A stretch of DNA of 64,000 nucleotides from Oopsacas minuta (lineage: Eukaryota > Animalia > Porifera): the NCBI GenBank assembly GCA_024704765.1, contig JAKMXF010000296.1, positions 133,307-197,306 on the forward strand, given 5' to 3'. The position numbers were made by a program, and so were the translations under genes. This document shows positions 11,825-25,316 of the stretch, piece after piece. The notes below the pieces were generated by a model, which was not told the origin of the DNA, did not search any database, and saw only the letters and a program-made list of their open reading frames with translations. How positions within the stretch are numbered: position 1 is the first letter of the stretch; every line of letters starts with the position of its first letter.

Positions 11825-14800
11825 TAGTACATTTTAACATTAATATAAATGATCAAATAAAATGTTCCCAACCTCAAATGTTCATGTGTAAATATACTTG
11901 AGTAATATGTTTCTTGTTCACTACATCTACATATGAAAAGACATATACCATGTGTTATTCTATAAATTTCTTAAGAACCTAGATTAGGACCTAAGAACTT
12001 CCTTTTATGAGATTTCTCGCGTAATGTATGTGCACACAATCTCGCTTCAGGCTCCAACAGTAGTTCGCCATCATTTTAGTGTCATACCTTCCTTGGTAAC
12101 GCTCTTCCATCGTTTGAATGTCCTGATGAAACTGTTCACCCTGCTCATCCGATACGTCTCCAAGGTTTGTTGGGAATTCATCCAAGTGGCTATGTGAAAA
12201 ATGAATTTTGATACTCATATTACATCCCAACTTATGAAAGCTTTCGAGCAAACGATTGATTAAATTCACATAATTATAGTCTCTTCTATTTCCTAAGAAG
12301 CCTTTCACAACCGATACAAAGGTTTGTCATGCAGCATACCAGTATCCAACATATGAGCAGTGAATTTGGGACCTTTCATCAATTTTCAGATGTTTGGCCC
12401 ACTGAAGATACCAGATTTGACTTTTTCATCGCTCAGCCGGTGGAATCGTGAGCGAAGGTAATTAAAACAATCACCATCCTTGTTGAGAGCTCTTACGAAT
12501 TGCTTAATTAACCCGAGTTTAATATGGAAAGGTGGAAAAACAATCTTTTCCCGCTCCACCAGTGCTTCGTTGATCACATTAGCATAACCAACAATTAAAT
12601 TTTCTCTCTTTTGCCACTCCTTTCTGATCCAATGTTCATTCTTCCCTCTACTATACCACATACACAAAAAACAAGGATATTTTGTATACTCACTTTGTTG
12701 CCCGAGAGGGAAGCAAACCATTTTTAGATCTACACAGATGATCCACTTATGAGAATCGTATCTAATTAATTGTAAGACCAGATTGACACTTTTATATTTT
12801 TACTTAATGTCATAGAATGAGCAAGGGGTATTGAGCCAAACTGATTTCCATTGTGAAGTAAAACAACTTTCAAACTCCTTTTTGAGTCATCAATAAAAAG
12901 TCTCCATTTATTAGGCCATAAAATACTATACTTGTTCATCATCCCCGCCCGCCCCATTTAATCTCCCTCCTCCGCAATTTTTTTAATTTTAATGCGTATC
13001 TTTATTTAATACATAAATTCGCAGATGAGCATCTTCGAAACAAGCCAACCATGTGATTTTTCGAAAATCCAAAAAGGTGGCAATGGCATCATAATTTCAT
13101 CAGGTATGAATTTTCGTCCAAGACTCAAACCTGTCCGAGTCAGGCCCAAATACCGCTCCCTGTATGGCAAAAATCAGCCCTGGGGTGTGCACTAAAGTTT
13201 TATTATTATTAATTTTTATCATTATTATTTAAATTGTACAATAATTCAGATTATAGAGAGGAAGTGAATATCAGTTTTCCCATATAGTGTAAGCTTAATA
13301 CGAACACCAACCTACCGTACGGTTAAAATTTATTCGCCTTCCCGGAGTAATATCCATTGAAGTACGGTTGTCTGGACCTGATAATGTACGAATATTGTTC
13401 GTCTTATCAGAAATTCGTATTAACGAGACAGTTTAAATAAATTAGTAAAATTACGCTAAGCAAAAATAAAAATAAAATGCCTCCCCCCGCTCCTATTTCG
13501 CTGAAAAAAATGGATGAGAAATAAGTAATTTATTTTACATGGCCTTAGCATCACATTTTTTCAGACCAAGTTGTTTTAACAGGCCCTCAATGTCACAACA
13601 GTAAACACAATTTTCACGTTGAGCAAATATCGTAAGAACTCTGTTTTCTATGACGATAATATGAAATCTTGGTGTGTGGACCCAACAAATTCTTTTGGTT
13701 AAGCCTAGGATGCTAGTAGTTCGGAAGCAGCCTTTGACAAAGCAAGATCACGAACCAAGTCATCTAACTCTTCATGGTTAAATGTTTGCAGTGGTTTAGA
13801 TATGATAAACTCTTAATCTCTACTCTCATCGGGTGACTCAACATCATCAATATTTTGTGGTTCGGATCAGGTAAAAATTGATAACAATCAGTTATTACAG
13901 GTTCAAGTTCAGGATCTTTCCAAATTGAAATCGGAATTTCATCACTATGTTGAACCGACCTTATTGCGGAAGGTATGGAGGGATACTGTATTCTTGATTT
14001 GTTCTTCTGATTGAAACCTAGTGTTTTGACCATACAGAAGTAGCAATCATCAAAATGGTTTGTCGGTTCTCTCCATATCATAGGAATTCCAAATGGCATT
14101 GACTTTAGTTTGTACGTGACCAGTTATATAAATTCATGAAGCATTTCTGACAATCTATACGTGATGACCGCTTTTTGTCTTGGCTGCCCAATTGCATCCC
14201 AAAATACGCATGGTATAAATTGCATACTGTATCATATATCGCCCGTTTCTGTGTTGGGAATGTTGACTCTCCACAAATATAGCAGAAACTATTCGGATCA
14301 TTAGAACATTTCCTCCTTGAAGATGCCATAAAACAATTCGCTAAAATATCGATTAATATTAATATCTTATTATTTACTCTCTATATATAGTAACTATAAA
14401 CCTACTATATAGCTACTATAAGCCTATATAGCATGCATAAGAATAACACTATTCTATTAATACCTCAGCTAAAGTTAGGATTCCTTATACTATGAATGGA
14501 ATTTATACGATAAAATATGCCTTGACTCCAAATAAACAGAGTTTTGGAACGCCCAAATATCTAGTCATAGAAACACAATAGCAAGGAATATGTGTCTGGA
14601 AACACCGTTAAGCAACAAATTATATAATTACAACTTGGGAAGACTAGGCCTAGATGAAACTTTGGACAAAAATTACGAAACATCAATATCAAAAAATCTG
14701 GACGTGATGGGCACAAATGAATGGCGTTTTTGGCCTCAGAGGCTAAAGGTTAGTTAGAAAAATCAATGGGGATAGTTTGTGTAAAAATGCCGTTGCCCAG

Positions 14801-16134
14801 TGTAATATATAATACTTGTCATAATAAAGTGCGCATGCTTTTGAGATAATTATCGCAAACCATGGATGTCACATGTTTTGTCAGTATCCATTTTAACTTG
14901 ATAATCGTTAAAAGTAAAATCAACACACGGAATATATAGTATGCCCCAAGGTTGCTGGTGGGGATATAAAATTTGTAACAAATTTTGTCCTGAGGAACCC
15001 AATAAGTCCAATTCATCATAGCGATAAATACGCGTATTTTTTCCAAATTTCGTAAAATTCCCCACTTATAGAGGTAAATTTTAATGATGTGAGGCATAAC
15101 TCTCTAAAGTATGCCCATTTCCCACATTATAGAAGTTCCATTCTATGGAAATGAGTAAAGGTGAACCAAAATTGTCCCCTATATAGGTTCCCTATTTATA
15201 GAGGCTCCAATGTAACACATGTATTCGGGGAGAAATGTACCATTTTCCTATTATCTGCGATTATCGAATTGATTATCAAATACATCTACTTCTTTTTATT
15301 TTATCCCTGGTCAAAAGTAGTGATCGGCCTTAGCTTTAGTTTCGAAAATACTGTTTGACAGGGGAAACATCAATAAACTATGCCTAGGCCCCCACTTCCT
15401 TATTTCCGGCTGCCTGCACACACTCTAACACCGTTACAGCATCTTAAGGAAGAATCGAAAGATATTACGTACCAAAATTTGGGAAAAGCAAGTAAATAGA
15501 AAATTATCATGATATATAATTTGAATTGGGACAAATACAATAATAATACTATTCAAATAAAAGTGTTTGTGACCAGACTGGACAAAACATCTTGAAATAT
15601 TCCTAAGCGCCGGGCAATTCTTCTCACTTCAAAAGGAATAATCAATGCGACTTTGGCCTTTGATAATTCAAGTAAATCAACGATGAATTTCTAAGGGTTC
15701 CGACTCAATTTGGAATCTATATTCAGTAATTGAGAAAAGCATAGGACTACAAGATTATCATCTTTCTATAACACACTTGACTCTCACTGACATCTAGAGA
15801 CACTAATAAAGGAACAATATATTAATAATAGTACTTTTGCGGGAACTTTGTAATTCGGTATCATGGATTTAAATATACGAATTTATACGAATTATATAGT
15901 TTTTGACAATTAACTTAGACAGTGTAAAGCTATGGGACCTCGAAAAAATTTGTCCAATGATTACACCTGAAAAGTGGAATGTTTGATTTTCTATATAGAA
16001 ATTTTTGGAACAAATCGCTTAGCAAACGAATCAGAAATGATACTATTGGAGTTAAGAATAGTAATATACTTGTACTAAATTTGTCGACTAGAATTGATAA
16101 AATTTTACCAGTATTGACATCACTGCATTATAAA

Positions 16135-16806
16135 CAGTGGTGTCCTGCTGTGGGAGCGGGTGGGAGCGCCGCTCTCATACTTTTTTAACAAATCAAATTG
16201 GCAAGTAACAACTTGTGTACCTGATATCTACAGTAGCATACAATCAATATTTGAAATTAATTGAAATTTGTTCCAAATATAATCAAGTCGAGTTGAGAGA
16301 GCAAATGTTTACTTTATAGCGCCGTGATTATATCGTAGAAGTTATTCCATGCAACTCATCTGAATGCGAAAGGGGTTCAGTTAAATGAATATCATATTGG
16401 ATGAGAAACGAAACTGGCTTACAATTGAACACGTTTCTTCTTTGCTGTTTATCTAGCTTAATGGTCCACCACTGACTATTTGGAGACCATTGGAATATTC
16501 TAAATCTTGGCTCTTGCACCATAATTCAGCAACAGATATCCATAGATTGAAGTCCCAAATTTCTGAGCCCCATAAACAAGAAGAAATTTGGCGGTATTAT
16601 TAGTTAAATAATTTTGGGTACTCAATCACTTGTTAGAACTCTATTTTCAGATTTACTACTGAACCTTTGATAATATTCACACTTATCTTATTAATTCAAT
16701 TACCAGTATATTGTTTGGATTTTGTATTAGAAATTAGGATATATTCAATTGAATTTGAAATTTGAAATACCGCTCCCATACTTATAATTAGAGCAGGACA
16801 TCCCTG
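16135..16806. mobile_element. hAT-type MITE
   Basis: TIR CAG(T/G)G(G/A)TGTCCTGCT; perfect 8-bp TSD ATTATAAA (16127-16134 and 16807-16814). Confidence 0.85.
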
Positions 16807-17750
16807 ATTATAAATGCTATCATAGGCGTAGGAGTAGGTCCGGAAGGTGCGGCTTTGGCCGAACCTTTTTGGGCAGAATTTGCTGGTACGGTTATTAGCG
16901 GTCCATGACTTTTCTTGCTTTGATGAATTATTATTTCACACTATCGTATCCTAAGTATGGAAATAGTTTTCTACCCATGTTAATCGCTATATATTTCCAT
17001 TTTTGGTCAATCAATTTTCGAGCACTAAACACCGAATGGCTGGTACGTTTTCAAAACATGACATGTAATTCGTGTTTCAATTATGAGACTACTTTATATT
17101 TCATTAATTACTCCCAATGTTTTTACTGTACATTTATTGGACCATACAACCAAGGCTTGTTTCTATTTCTAGCCGGACCACTTTTTGGAGCAGTGGCTAT
17201 TAAACCGCGGTTAATCTATCTATATGCATATATGTACCGGAAAGTGATTGAAGAAACTGGAAGACCTCCAGGGCTGACTTTTGGCATAAAAGGTTATTTT
17301 GGGCCTGGCTCATACGAGTCCGAATCTTGGACGGAAATTCACACCTAATGGCGAAATTATGGTGTTGCTATCGCGCTTCGCTTGCTAGGGCGCTACGCGA
17401 CAGCTTTGTGCTTCAGGTTAGCACAAGTATTTAACAGCAAATTTCTTATTAATATTGGTCGTTACGCAACGGAAGATCCTCCTCACGTCGTGCCTCGAGT
17501 GATGAAATAGCAGAAAGTATAATTTAGTATCATCCATGGTCCACCCAATATCGATTTAATGGCCTTCTACGGTAATACTGGAAGTGATACGTGGCATTTT
17601 GGTTAGCAATATGGGCACTTTGTGCTTGGAATATTATGAAATTCTTCTATTCAAATTAATTCCGAACATACAAACATAAATTACACATATATAGGCTCAA
17701 CGAATTTACGTAATAGTATAGGATTCTACTATTGGATCGTGATCTGTTTA

Positions 17751-18428
17751 CGATGCTAGGGCACCTTGCCGAAAGACATCTAGCCGAAGGACATTATGCC
17801 GAAGACATCTTGCTGAAAGGATATCTTCCCGAAAGGACATTTGCCGAAATTATTTCATGCCGAAAATATGATTAGATGTGTGTAAACAAAACAATCTTAT
17901 TGACATCAAATGGGGGGTGTATGTGTAAACAAATCATCTTATTGATATCAAAAGGGGAGCGTGTATGTGTAAACATTGGATGAATAGTAACAGTCGAAAC
18001 GAATTCAAAAAAACTATACAAAAGCTCTGTACATATAGTGAGATAAATGCCCTCATTCAACAGTAACTCTTCTTCTATAGCTCAGGGCATAAATCAGCCA
18101 CATCCTACGACAATAACCACCCAAAACACACCATACAACACTCTAGGAGGGCAGAATCAGATCCTCAACTTGCCACGTCACGATCTTAACGAACCCAAGA
18201 AATAATGCCAATTTCTCTTCACATATTTGGTAGTATAAATCCGCTGACAACCAATATTGTCGCTATTTTAAGAAATTCCAATTCAATATCATGCAACACT
18301 CCGTCTGTCACTACTCTACATACTGAGCATGCACACTCGACTTCTTATATATGCAATACTGGTATTTAATTAATTTTCGGCATGATATCCTTTCGGCTAG
18401 ATGTCTTACGACAAGGTGGGCGGACACG
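17751..18428. mobile_element. Non-autonomous element with GCCGAA(A)GGACAT repeat arrays at both ends
   Basis: Inverted arrays at 17761-17865 and 18375-18420; direct repeat CTGTTTA(C) at 17744 and 18429. Confidence 0.7.
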
Positions 18429-18790
18429 CTGTTTACTATTCATTACCTAACGGATTGATTGTAAAGTTGCTATAGAATAAGAGGTGTTCAAAACTAAACA
18501 AGTAAAACCAATTACATATATTTGTAGACTAGCTACTAGGTAAATAAGAGGAATACCATTTGTTAGTTTAATGATTACATTCCAGTTTCCGTTTCAGTTA
18601 GCAGCACTAGTCGATACTAACATCACTATGTGGATAATGACAAAAGGTGTTAAACACCGTAAATACTTATAAACCACAAACATTTCAAGTATGCTAATAT
18701 AATCAATGAAATCCGTATACATGACTTTCAATTGATAAATTATATATTTAATAGCAAGGAGCACTAGGAGCCAAGTCGTAGTAGGAGGTT

Positions 18791-19613
18791 CAGGGACGTC
18801 GCCACGGAGGGGGGCAGTGTTTCCCCAGGTCGTTTTGGCGTATCGGGCCAGCATCCCTTCAGTGTTAAAAAAACATAGGCACCCATTACTCTGTCGATGA
18901 CTATACTAAAGTGTAGTCGGCACACTAAAAAGTAGAATTGACTATACAAGTTCTAATATCAAGGATTATCGTACGATTTTTCCGGTCCATGCCTCTATTG
19001 ATATAATAATTATTGATAACTTCTCGTTGTTTGTCTAAAGATTTCAGTATTCCTAATATATAACTGAGAAATTGTTTCAAGATTCAAACCTACGTGGCAG
19101 TAGAAAGGTAATTAATGTAGTAGTTATTAAGCTTATTGTCCAAGGGCTACCCCCGTCACGACTGGAAGACCAACAGCACCCCAGACACCCAGCTGTAGTA
19201 GCGTCGTGCATAGTGACTGGGGACCTCCCAAAATTCGCCGAGCTATACATCATTACTCGACCAGAAAAAACAAATTTCTGTGGGAATTGCAGACTAAACG
19301 TTATTTCTTTCAATCGTTTGGCTCTTGGACCTTACTGATTGTTTGCAGCGCCCATAGGCTTTGAAATCTGGGGTGCACAAATTCAATCTGGCAGGAAACA
19401 TCCAGAACTTATTGACAACCAGATTGAATTTGTGCCCCCCATATATCAAACCCACACGACGCAACTGCTCCGCTGGATGGTTCTACCCAACTAAACTTTA
19501 TTGATCCGCCACTGGGCATGCTCCTGCTAAACCCGTGAAACACCTTGCCCATCGTACTGCCCCTTGGAAAATTCGTGCCCTACCCCCTAGGTGAAAATCC
19601 TGGAGACGTCCTG
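18791..19613. mobile_element. hAT-type MITE with nested smaller MITEs
   Basis: TIR CAGG(G)ACGTC(G/T)CCA; TSD AGGAGGTT/ACGAGGTT (7/8); internal 17-bp inverted repeat gcacaaattcaatctgg at ~19375-19437. Confidence 0.7.
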
Positions 19614-21419
19614 ACGAGGTTATAAACAGCATACGATGGTATTGTTACAATTCAACAAACTTAGTACACAATGGGTAGACTATTGGAGTATAATTATCAA
19701 CACAATTTATAAGAAGTCAATAACTACATGAAATTTTAAACATAAAGAACTTAATACCAAATAAAGCTAGAGGGAAAATTACAATTAATGAAGCTTAGGG
19801 GAAGTCAGGACAGACACATTAGCTACCATAACTATGACGTCAGGATTGTGGATGGTGATAACTACATTTTTATGAGAGATATAATTATACTTGCAACTGT
19901 TAAAGTTTAGTTGGTATCAGGATGGGCACATTGGCCATCATAGTGGAAATGGTGATGACATGACAAATTTTTCTAATTTTGAGAGTTTGGAAAAGTAGAC
20001 GGAATTGGAATGTTTTAAACCTTTTGATGATACAGTACAACCGCAGCCAGGAATATCTAAAATTACAATTTTTTTCCGACAGGTTAGACTATTTATTAAA
20101 TTTGTTAAAATTTTTCCAAATGTTAAAAATATTTAATTAATAGACTAAGCTTTCGGAAGAGATTAGAGTTTTAGAGTTTTTCATTGCTCCGCTGATAAAA
20201 ATTTTTTAAGTGTGGCCATAGTCCATGAGAGTTTGAGAAACCCTGTGATAGAGAACTTAATTAGCTACAAAATGAAACTTAAGAGCTAATGTGACAGATC
20301 GGGAAAGGTAATGTTCTGAGATCTCGAAGTTGACAGAAAATTGAATTCCAAATATAGGGGAAAATATGATACAAAATTTTGATATACTATTAATAAATCA
20401 TTTATAAACTTAGATTCTAGTGAGCGTTGCAAAATTGATTATCTAATAATTCTTTGAAATCGATACTGTATTTACGCGAATAATTAACACTAAATAGTAC
20501 TGAATTGTAGTTACATCCAGATCAACATGATTGGTAATGTTTGGCCATGTTGGTCAAGTTTAGTAGAGACATTGAAAAGTCGAGTGGCATGCGGATTGAG
20601 GAGTGTACGAATGTTCATTGGGTTGAGTTATTTGAGGATTGTAAAATTAATAAGCAATGTGCAGCATTCGCTTAAGGGTTAAAATGAGCAAATACGTTCA
20701 ATTTCAATATGACCAGGGAGTCCTGAATTTGTATCATCAGGCCGAGGAAATTAGACAATAATTCAAGACTTGAATGTTTGCTCATGGCACTCAACTTTTT
20801 ACTATATAGTTAGGCCATTGTGGTCACATTTGGTCACATTTGGTCAAATTGGTCATGGAGCTTCAACGTGACCAAAAATCCATATAAAAAAATCTATGTG
20901 GCTACAGTGTGGTCAAGTTAGGTCATATGACCACAGGTTGAGAAACCCTGGTATAGATCATGGTCTGCATACGATATGTTATATGGAATTCGCATAATTT
21001 GACCTGTCAAGTAATAATTTGAATAGACATACAAGTGTTGGTCTAGAATGATAGTATGTATTAGTTTACAAAAAAATTGATTATTTTAGAAATTTGAGGG
21101 GAGGAGCTCCAGTGGATAAACTGCTATAAATTGAAACTAAAATGTATATTTTTGTCAACTGAAACTGTAGCTGAAATTGATGGATTTCTATTTTTCAGAG
21201 GGGATAGTTTTTAATATAAAGATTCTCGCCAACATATAGCAAACTGTACAATATATATGGGTAGATCAGTGGTCTTTAACTTTTTCCTTGGGAGAGCCGA
21301 ATCTCAATTGTATATTATACTAGAGATCCGCACTAATTAATACCGCACTGTATTATTGTAATAAATATACTACCTTATTATATTATTAAACTTTTCTGGT
21401 AGATTTTTATAATCTTAGT

Positions 21420-22286
21420 ATTCCTATGCCCTATCTGAAACAAAGTCATTTGTGATGTTTCTGAAAGCTCTAGATGTGTCTAAATTCATTAATAAACAGT
21501 TCGATTTACTCGAAAAACGAATATCGAATGCAGACTTTGAGATGTCGGAAATGGGCCCTCTTCGGTCGAACCCCTTAGAAGAGCCTCCCATTTACAGTGT
21601 CCTCGGTGACTACATTTCCGTCTGGTACACGAAATGGAGGCAAGATTCTCAGAGGATAGCCGTGATTTGTCAAAACTTGCGAGGTTTGATGCAGTTGAAT
21701 GGATGAAAACTGGCAGTGCGATTGCGTGGGTGAGTCGGAGGTTTGGTTTTGACAAATCGGCTCTGGGCGCCGAAATATATACACTCTCAAATACATCGAG
21801 ACCGAAGAGCTCCTCAGAGGATGTGACACTCAAGAGGATGTATATAAGAAGTTTCTATCCAACGCGACCTTAAGGATTATATATCCCGAGCACGCAATGG
21901 TGGCAACCTTTTTTCTGTTTCGACCATTGGGGACAGCTAGCGTAGAAAGATCCTTCTCCTCTACAACTAAAATCGTCTCCGATGATCGTTGTTCTTTGAC
22001 TCCAGCTCATATCGCGATGCTAACAAGGATATCTATCCAAGGGATAGTACTGCCAGGAGTCCAAGACAATAGAAAAAGCTATTCAGAGTTTCTCCACCGA
22101 GTATTTTTACTCTGGGCAAAGTCTCCACTTGGAATAGACTAATAACGTTTTTCATAGTTCGTAAATGTATCATCGTATGTATTTTTGATATGATTTGTGT
22201 CTGTAATCTTTTTCAAATCCATGCTGCACTAATTGGTGCGCATTACACACCCATGGGTGCGCATTGCGCACCCAGATGAAGGCCTG
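21420..22286 (+). pseudogene. 3' part of a hAT transposon (dimerisation domain)
   Basis: ORF 21897-22142 PLGTASVERSFSSTTKIVSDDRCSLT is the hAT C-terminal motif; terminus ...gatgaaggcctg. Confidence 0.7.
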
Positions 22287-22350
22287 AGCCAAACTGAAGA
22301 TAATTAACATCATCAAATAATGAACATGATAATATTCAGTTAACTTAACC

Positions 22351-24647
22351 CAGTGGTTCACAACGGGGGCGTTTGCTTTGCCTCAGGGGGCGCTGTGGGG
22401 GGCGCTGACAAGATAATGAGCCGTTGGATGAAGATTTATTCTAACATCTGTAAATTTTGCGAAATACTATTGTATCATTAATATGTTGTACACTTCACCC
22501 ATAATGACAATTCTAACACGTTGCCCACAAGAAGAGCTAAGTATTCACCATTTACAATCAATCAATGCTTTCAATGGTATTGTTTCTTTGTTTTGAATTA
22601 AGAGTTCAGACGGCTTCTTAACAAAGAAGTTATAAAAAGTGATCATACCATGTTATTTCATTAATTACCTCAATAATAGACACGATTTTTCTTGCATATC
22701 CAATCATGGCAGAAAACTCCAAGAGAAAATGCCGTCAATACTGCATAGATTATCTGAAATTTGGTTTCATCGCTTCACCCACTAATCAACAATTATCCTT
22801 TGTTTACTTTGCAATCAAGTGTTCTCTAATGAGGGCATGAAACCTTCACGTATCTGCGGCCATTTGACGAAGAAACACCCTGATAAGAAGACAAGGACCT
22901 CAAATATTTCCAAACTTTAAGCAAGCAGTTTGCAAGTCCTAGTTCCATAGATGGAATGATTAACAAAATTACTACTAAAAATGACGATGGTCTTGTTACT
23001 TCTTGCAAGATATCTCTTGTAATCGCCAAATGTGGAAAGCTTCAAACAATAGGCGAAAAGCTCATCCTTCCAGCTATAAGAGAGGTTATATCTACTGTCA
23101 TGCATCAAGATGCGTCTAATGTAGTTATATCAATTTCCTTAAGTAATAACTCAGTTTCGAGGAGGATCGAAGAATTGGCTATAGATGTTGAACAACAGTT
23201 GTGTAAGTTTTACAAACAACGGAATTCGCTTTGCAGCTTGATGAGTCAACCTTACGTGACAATGAAACCTTATTTATGGCATATGTACGATATATTCACA
23301 ATGGTGTATCAAAAGAAGAAATGCTCTTTTCCAAGCCACTAGAAACAGATACTAAAGGTGAGACGATATTTATGGTGGTAAAGTAATTTTGTGAAGAGAA
23401 GAACATAGCAATGGGAAATATTATTGCGTGTTCTACTGATGGAGCACCTTCTATGATTGGAAGTCATCGTAGTTTCATAGCTCATCTGAAACGAGCTGTG
23501 CCGAAGGTATCCTCTATTCATTGTGTCATACATCGTCAACATTTGATCGCCAAGCACCTAACACCTAATATTCACCAGTCTTTGCAAATCGTGATTACTG
23601 CTACGAACAAAATAAAAAAGAACTCACTGAATGATCGCATCTTTTAGCAACTTTGTGAGAACAATGACGAAGATTACAAACGCCTCCTTCTTCATACTGG
23701 AGTTAGGTGACTTTCTAAAGGTAGTTGTTTGAAACGATTCCATCAACTGTTTGTAGAAGAATACGATTCAACTCCGGCAGAAAGGTAAAATGATATGGAC
23801 TGATGTTGCTTACTTAGCTGACATATTCGAGAAACTGAATATAGTGAATAAGCAGCTACAAGGGAATAATACTACTCTTATTCAAGCGAAGGGCGTTGTT
23901 TTATCATTCTTAAGTAAACTAACCTTGTTCCGACAGAATATTGTGGGTCGTGAATTTGGGCAGTTACCTTGTTTAAGTGAATTGGCTATGGCAAATAATA
24001 ACATCATTAGAGATGACAACATTCATATTTACTGTTCACATGTTGATTCCCTTAGCGAAGATTTGTTGATTCGATTCAAAGATTTAACCGAGTTAGTTAT
24101 CCCTAATTTTGTGATAAATCCATTTAGAACAAATATAGAAACTTTGGATCCACAATTTCAAGAAGAATTCATCGATTTGTAGAATGATATCGAATGCCAT
24201 GCCATATTTACCCAATGTGGATATAGTGCATTCTGGATGAAGAAGGAAGTCTCTGAACGCTATCTCCATGTTTTTCAAACTGTAAAATTAATGTTTGTTG
24301 AATTTCCATCATCATATCTTGTCGAAAAGGGATTCAGCACAGTAGTTAATCTGCTCACAAAACAAAGAAATCGACTGGAAATAGCAACAAGAGGCGACTT
24401 GAGACTCTTTCTGACGCAGTTAGAACCGGATGTAGTCAAACTAGCAAAGAGCCACCAAAGTCAAGGATCACATGTTCCAACGTATACTGATACTTAGATT
24501 AGTCCCTAGATACTCTATCAGTCTATCTTTTATAATTCCATATAGTTAGTAATTAATAACTGATTCAATAAAGTATTAAATAGGAGGCGTTCTGTAAGTA
24601 TTAAGTCTATAAGGGGGCGTTAAATTGGTAAAGGTTGGGAAACACTG
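22351..24647 (+). mobile_element. Full-length Buster/Charlie-type hAT transposon with disrupted ZBED5/SCAND3-like transposase (~22706-24497)
   Basis: TIR CAGTG(G/T)TTC(A/C)CAAC; perfect 8-bp TSD ACTTAACC with central TA; motifs RQYCIDYLKFGF, CSTDGAPSMIG, IHCVIHRQHL, YLADIFEKLN, FPSSYLVEKGFS. Confidence 0.92.
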
Positions 24648-24869
24648 ACTTAACCGAATACTGATATTCCGTTGGTAACCCGGACATTTAATTATTCGAT
24701 TGCATCCTTGCTATTTTGAAACTATCTTATGCACAGTAATTTACTCTTACCTTATTTTAATGAATAAGCGCCCGGCGCATATTTATTCGTGCAAGAGAAT
24801 ACCCTGAAAGAACTATTGAGCCTGTTAGTAAGAGTGTCCTGACTTAATATATTAAATATTTTCCAAATT

Positions 24870-25255
24870 AGAGCACACTTAGCTCATTAAAATATAATAG
24901 ATAATTAAGTAATTAAACAATACAAATTGAATGAAACTCGATTAATATGGAACAATTCTAATAGCATATGAAATCTACGGGTCAGTATTATCCTATTATG
25001 AATATTTAGTGTTATTTAGAGCAAATCTTGTTGAGTTATTAGCATTTTAATCTTTGTGCCAAAAGTGGCACAATTATGGATTATTGGAACCAGAACGAGA
25101 GACATTATGAAAATCAATTGGGGTTCTCTAAACTGACTTTAAAATATTTAAGTTGGAAATAAAGTATAATTTTGGAACATTATTGTTTACATACGAAGTG
25201 GCGAACACATAATTGATATGTGCACAATCTACCCATGAAAAACAAATATTAAAAT
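24870..25255. repeat. Dispersed MITE-like repeat (related copies ~31850-31960 and ~55430-55930)
   Basis: Shared blocks aatgagct..aat...acaattct(g/a)ata and cata.gaagtggcg.acacata; the 55430 copy has ~70-bp inverted ends. Confidence 0.5.
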
Positions 25256-25316
25256 GCTAAATAAGTCAAATTGTTAGTAAATAGATTATTGAATGATGAC
25301 TACTCACCGATAATTT

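Larger units (their letters stand above)
9640..14802 (-). mobile_element. Chapaev3-type (CMC) DNA transposon, degraded, interrupted by a pogo element and other inserts
   Basis: ORF pieces MASSRRKCSNDPNSFCYICGE (14329), MPFGIPMIWREPTNHFDDCYFC, YTKYPCFLCMW, HIKLGL, IKIHFSHSH...VSDEQGEQFHQD...MMANYCWSLKRD; 5' terminus CACTGGGCAAC at 14802 with TAA flank; left boundary uncertain. Confidence 0.75.

Noticed and set aside
16905-17348. 147-aa hydrophobic ORF
   Set aside because: No recognisable motif; spans AT-rich and MITE-like DNA, so probably a chance ORF.
17761-17865. CRISPR-like array of GCCGAA repeats
   Set aside because: Units are 14-16 nt, adjacent without unique spacers, mirrored at the other end of a TSD-flanked element, and in a eukaryotic context.
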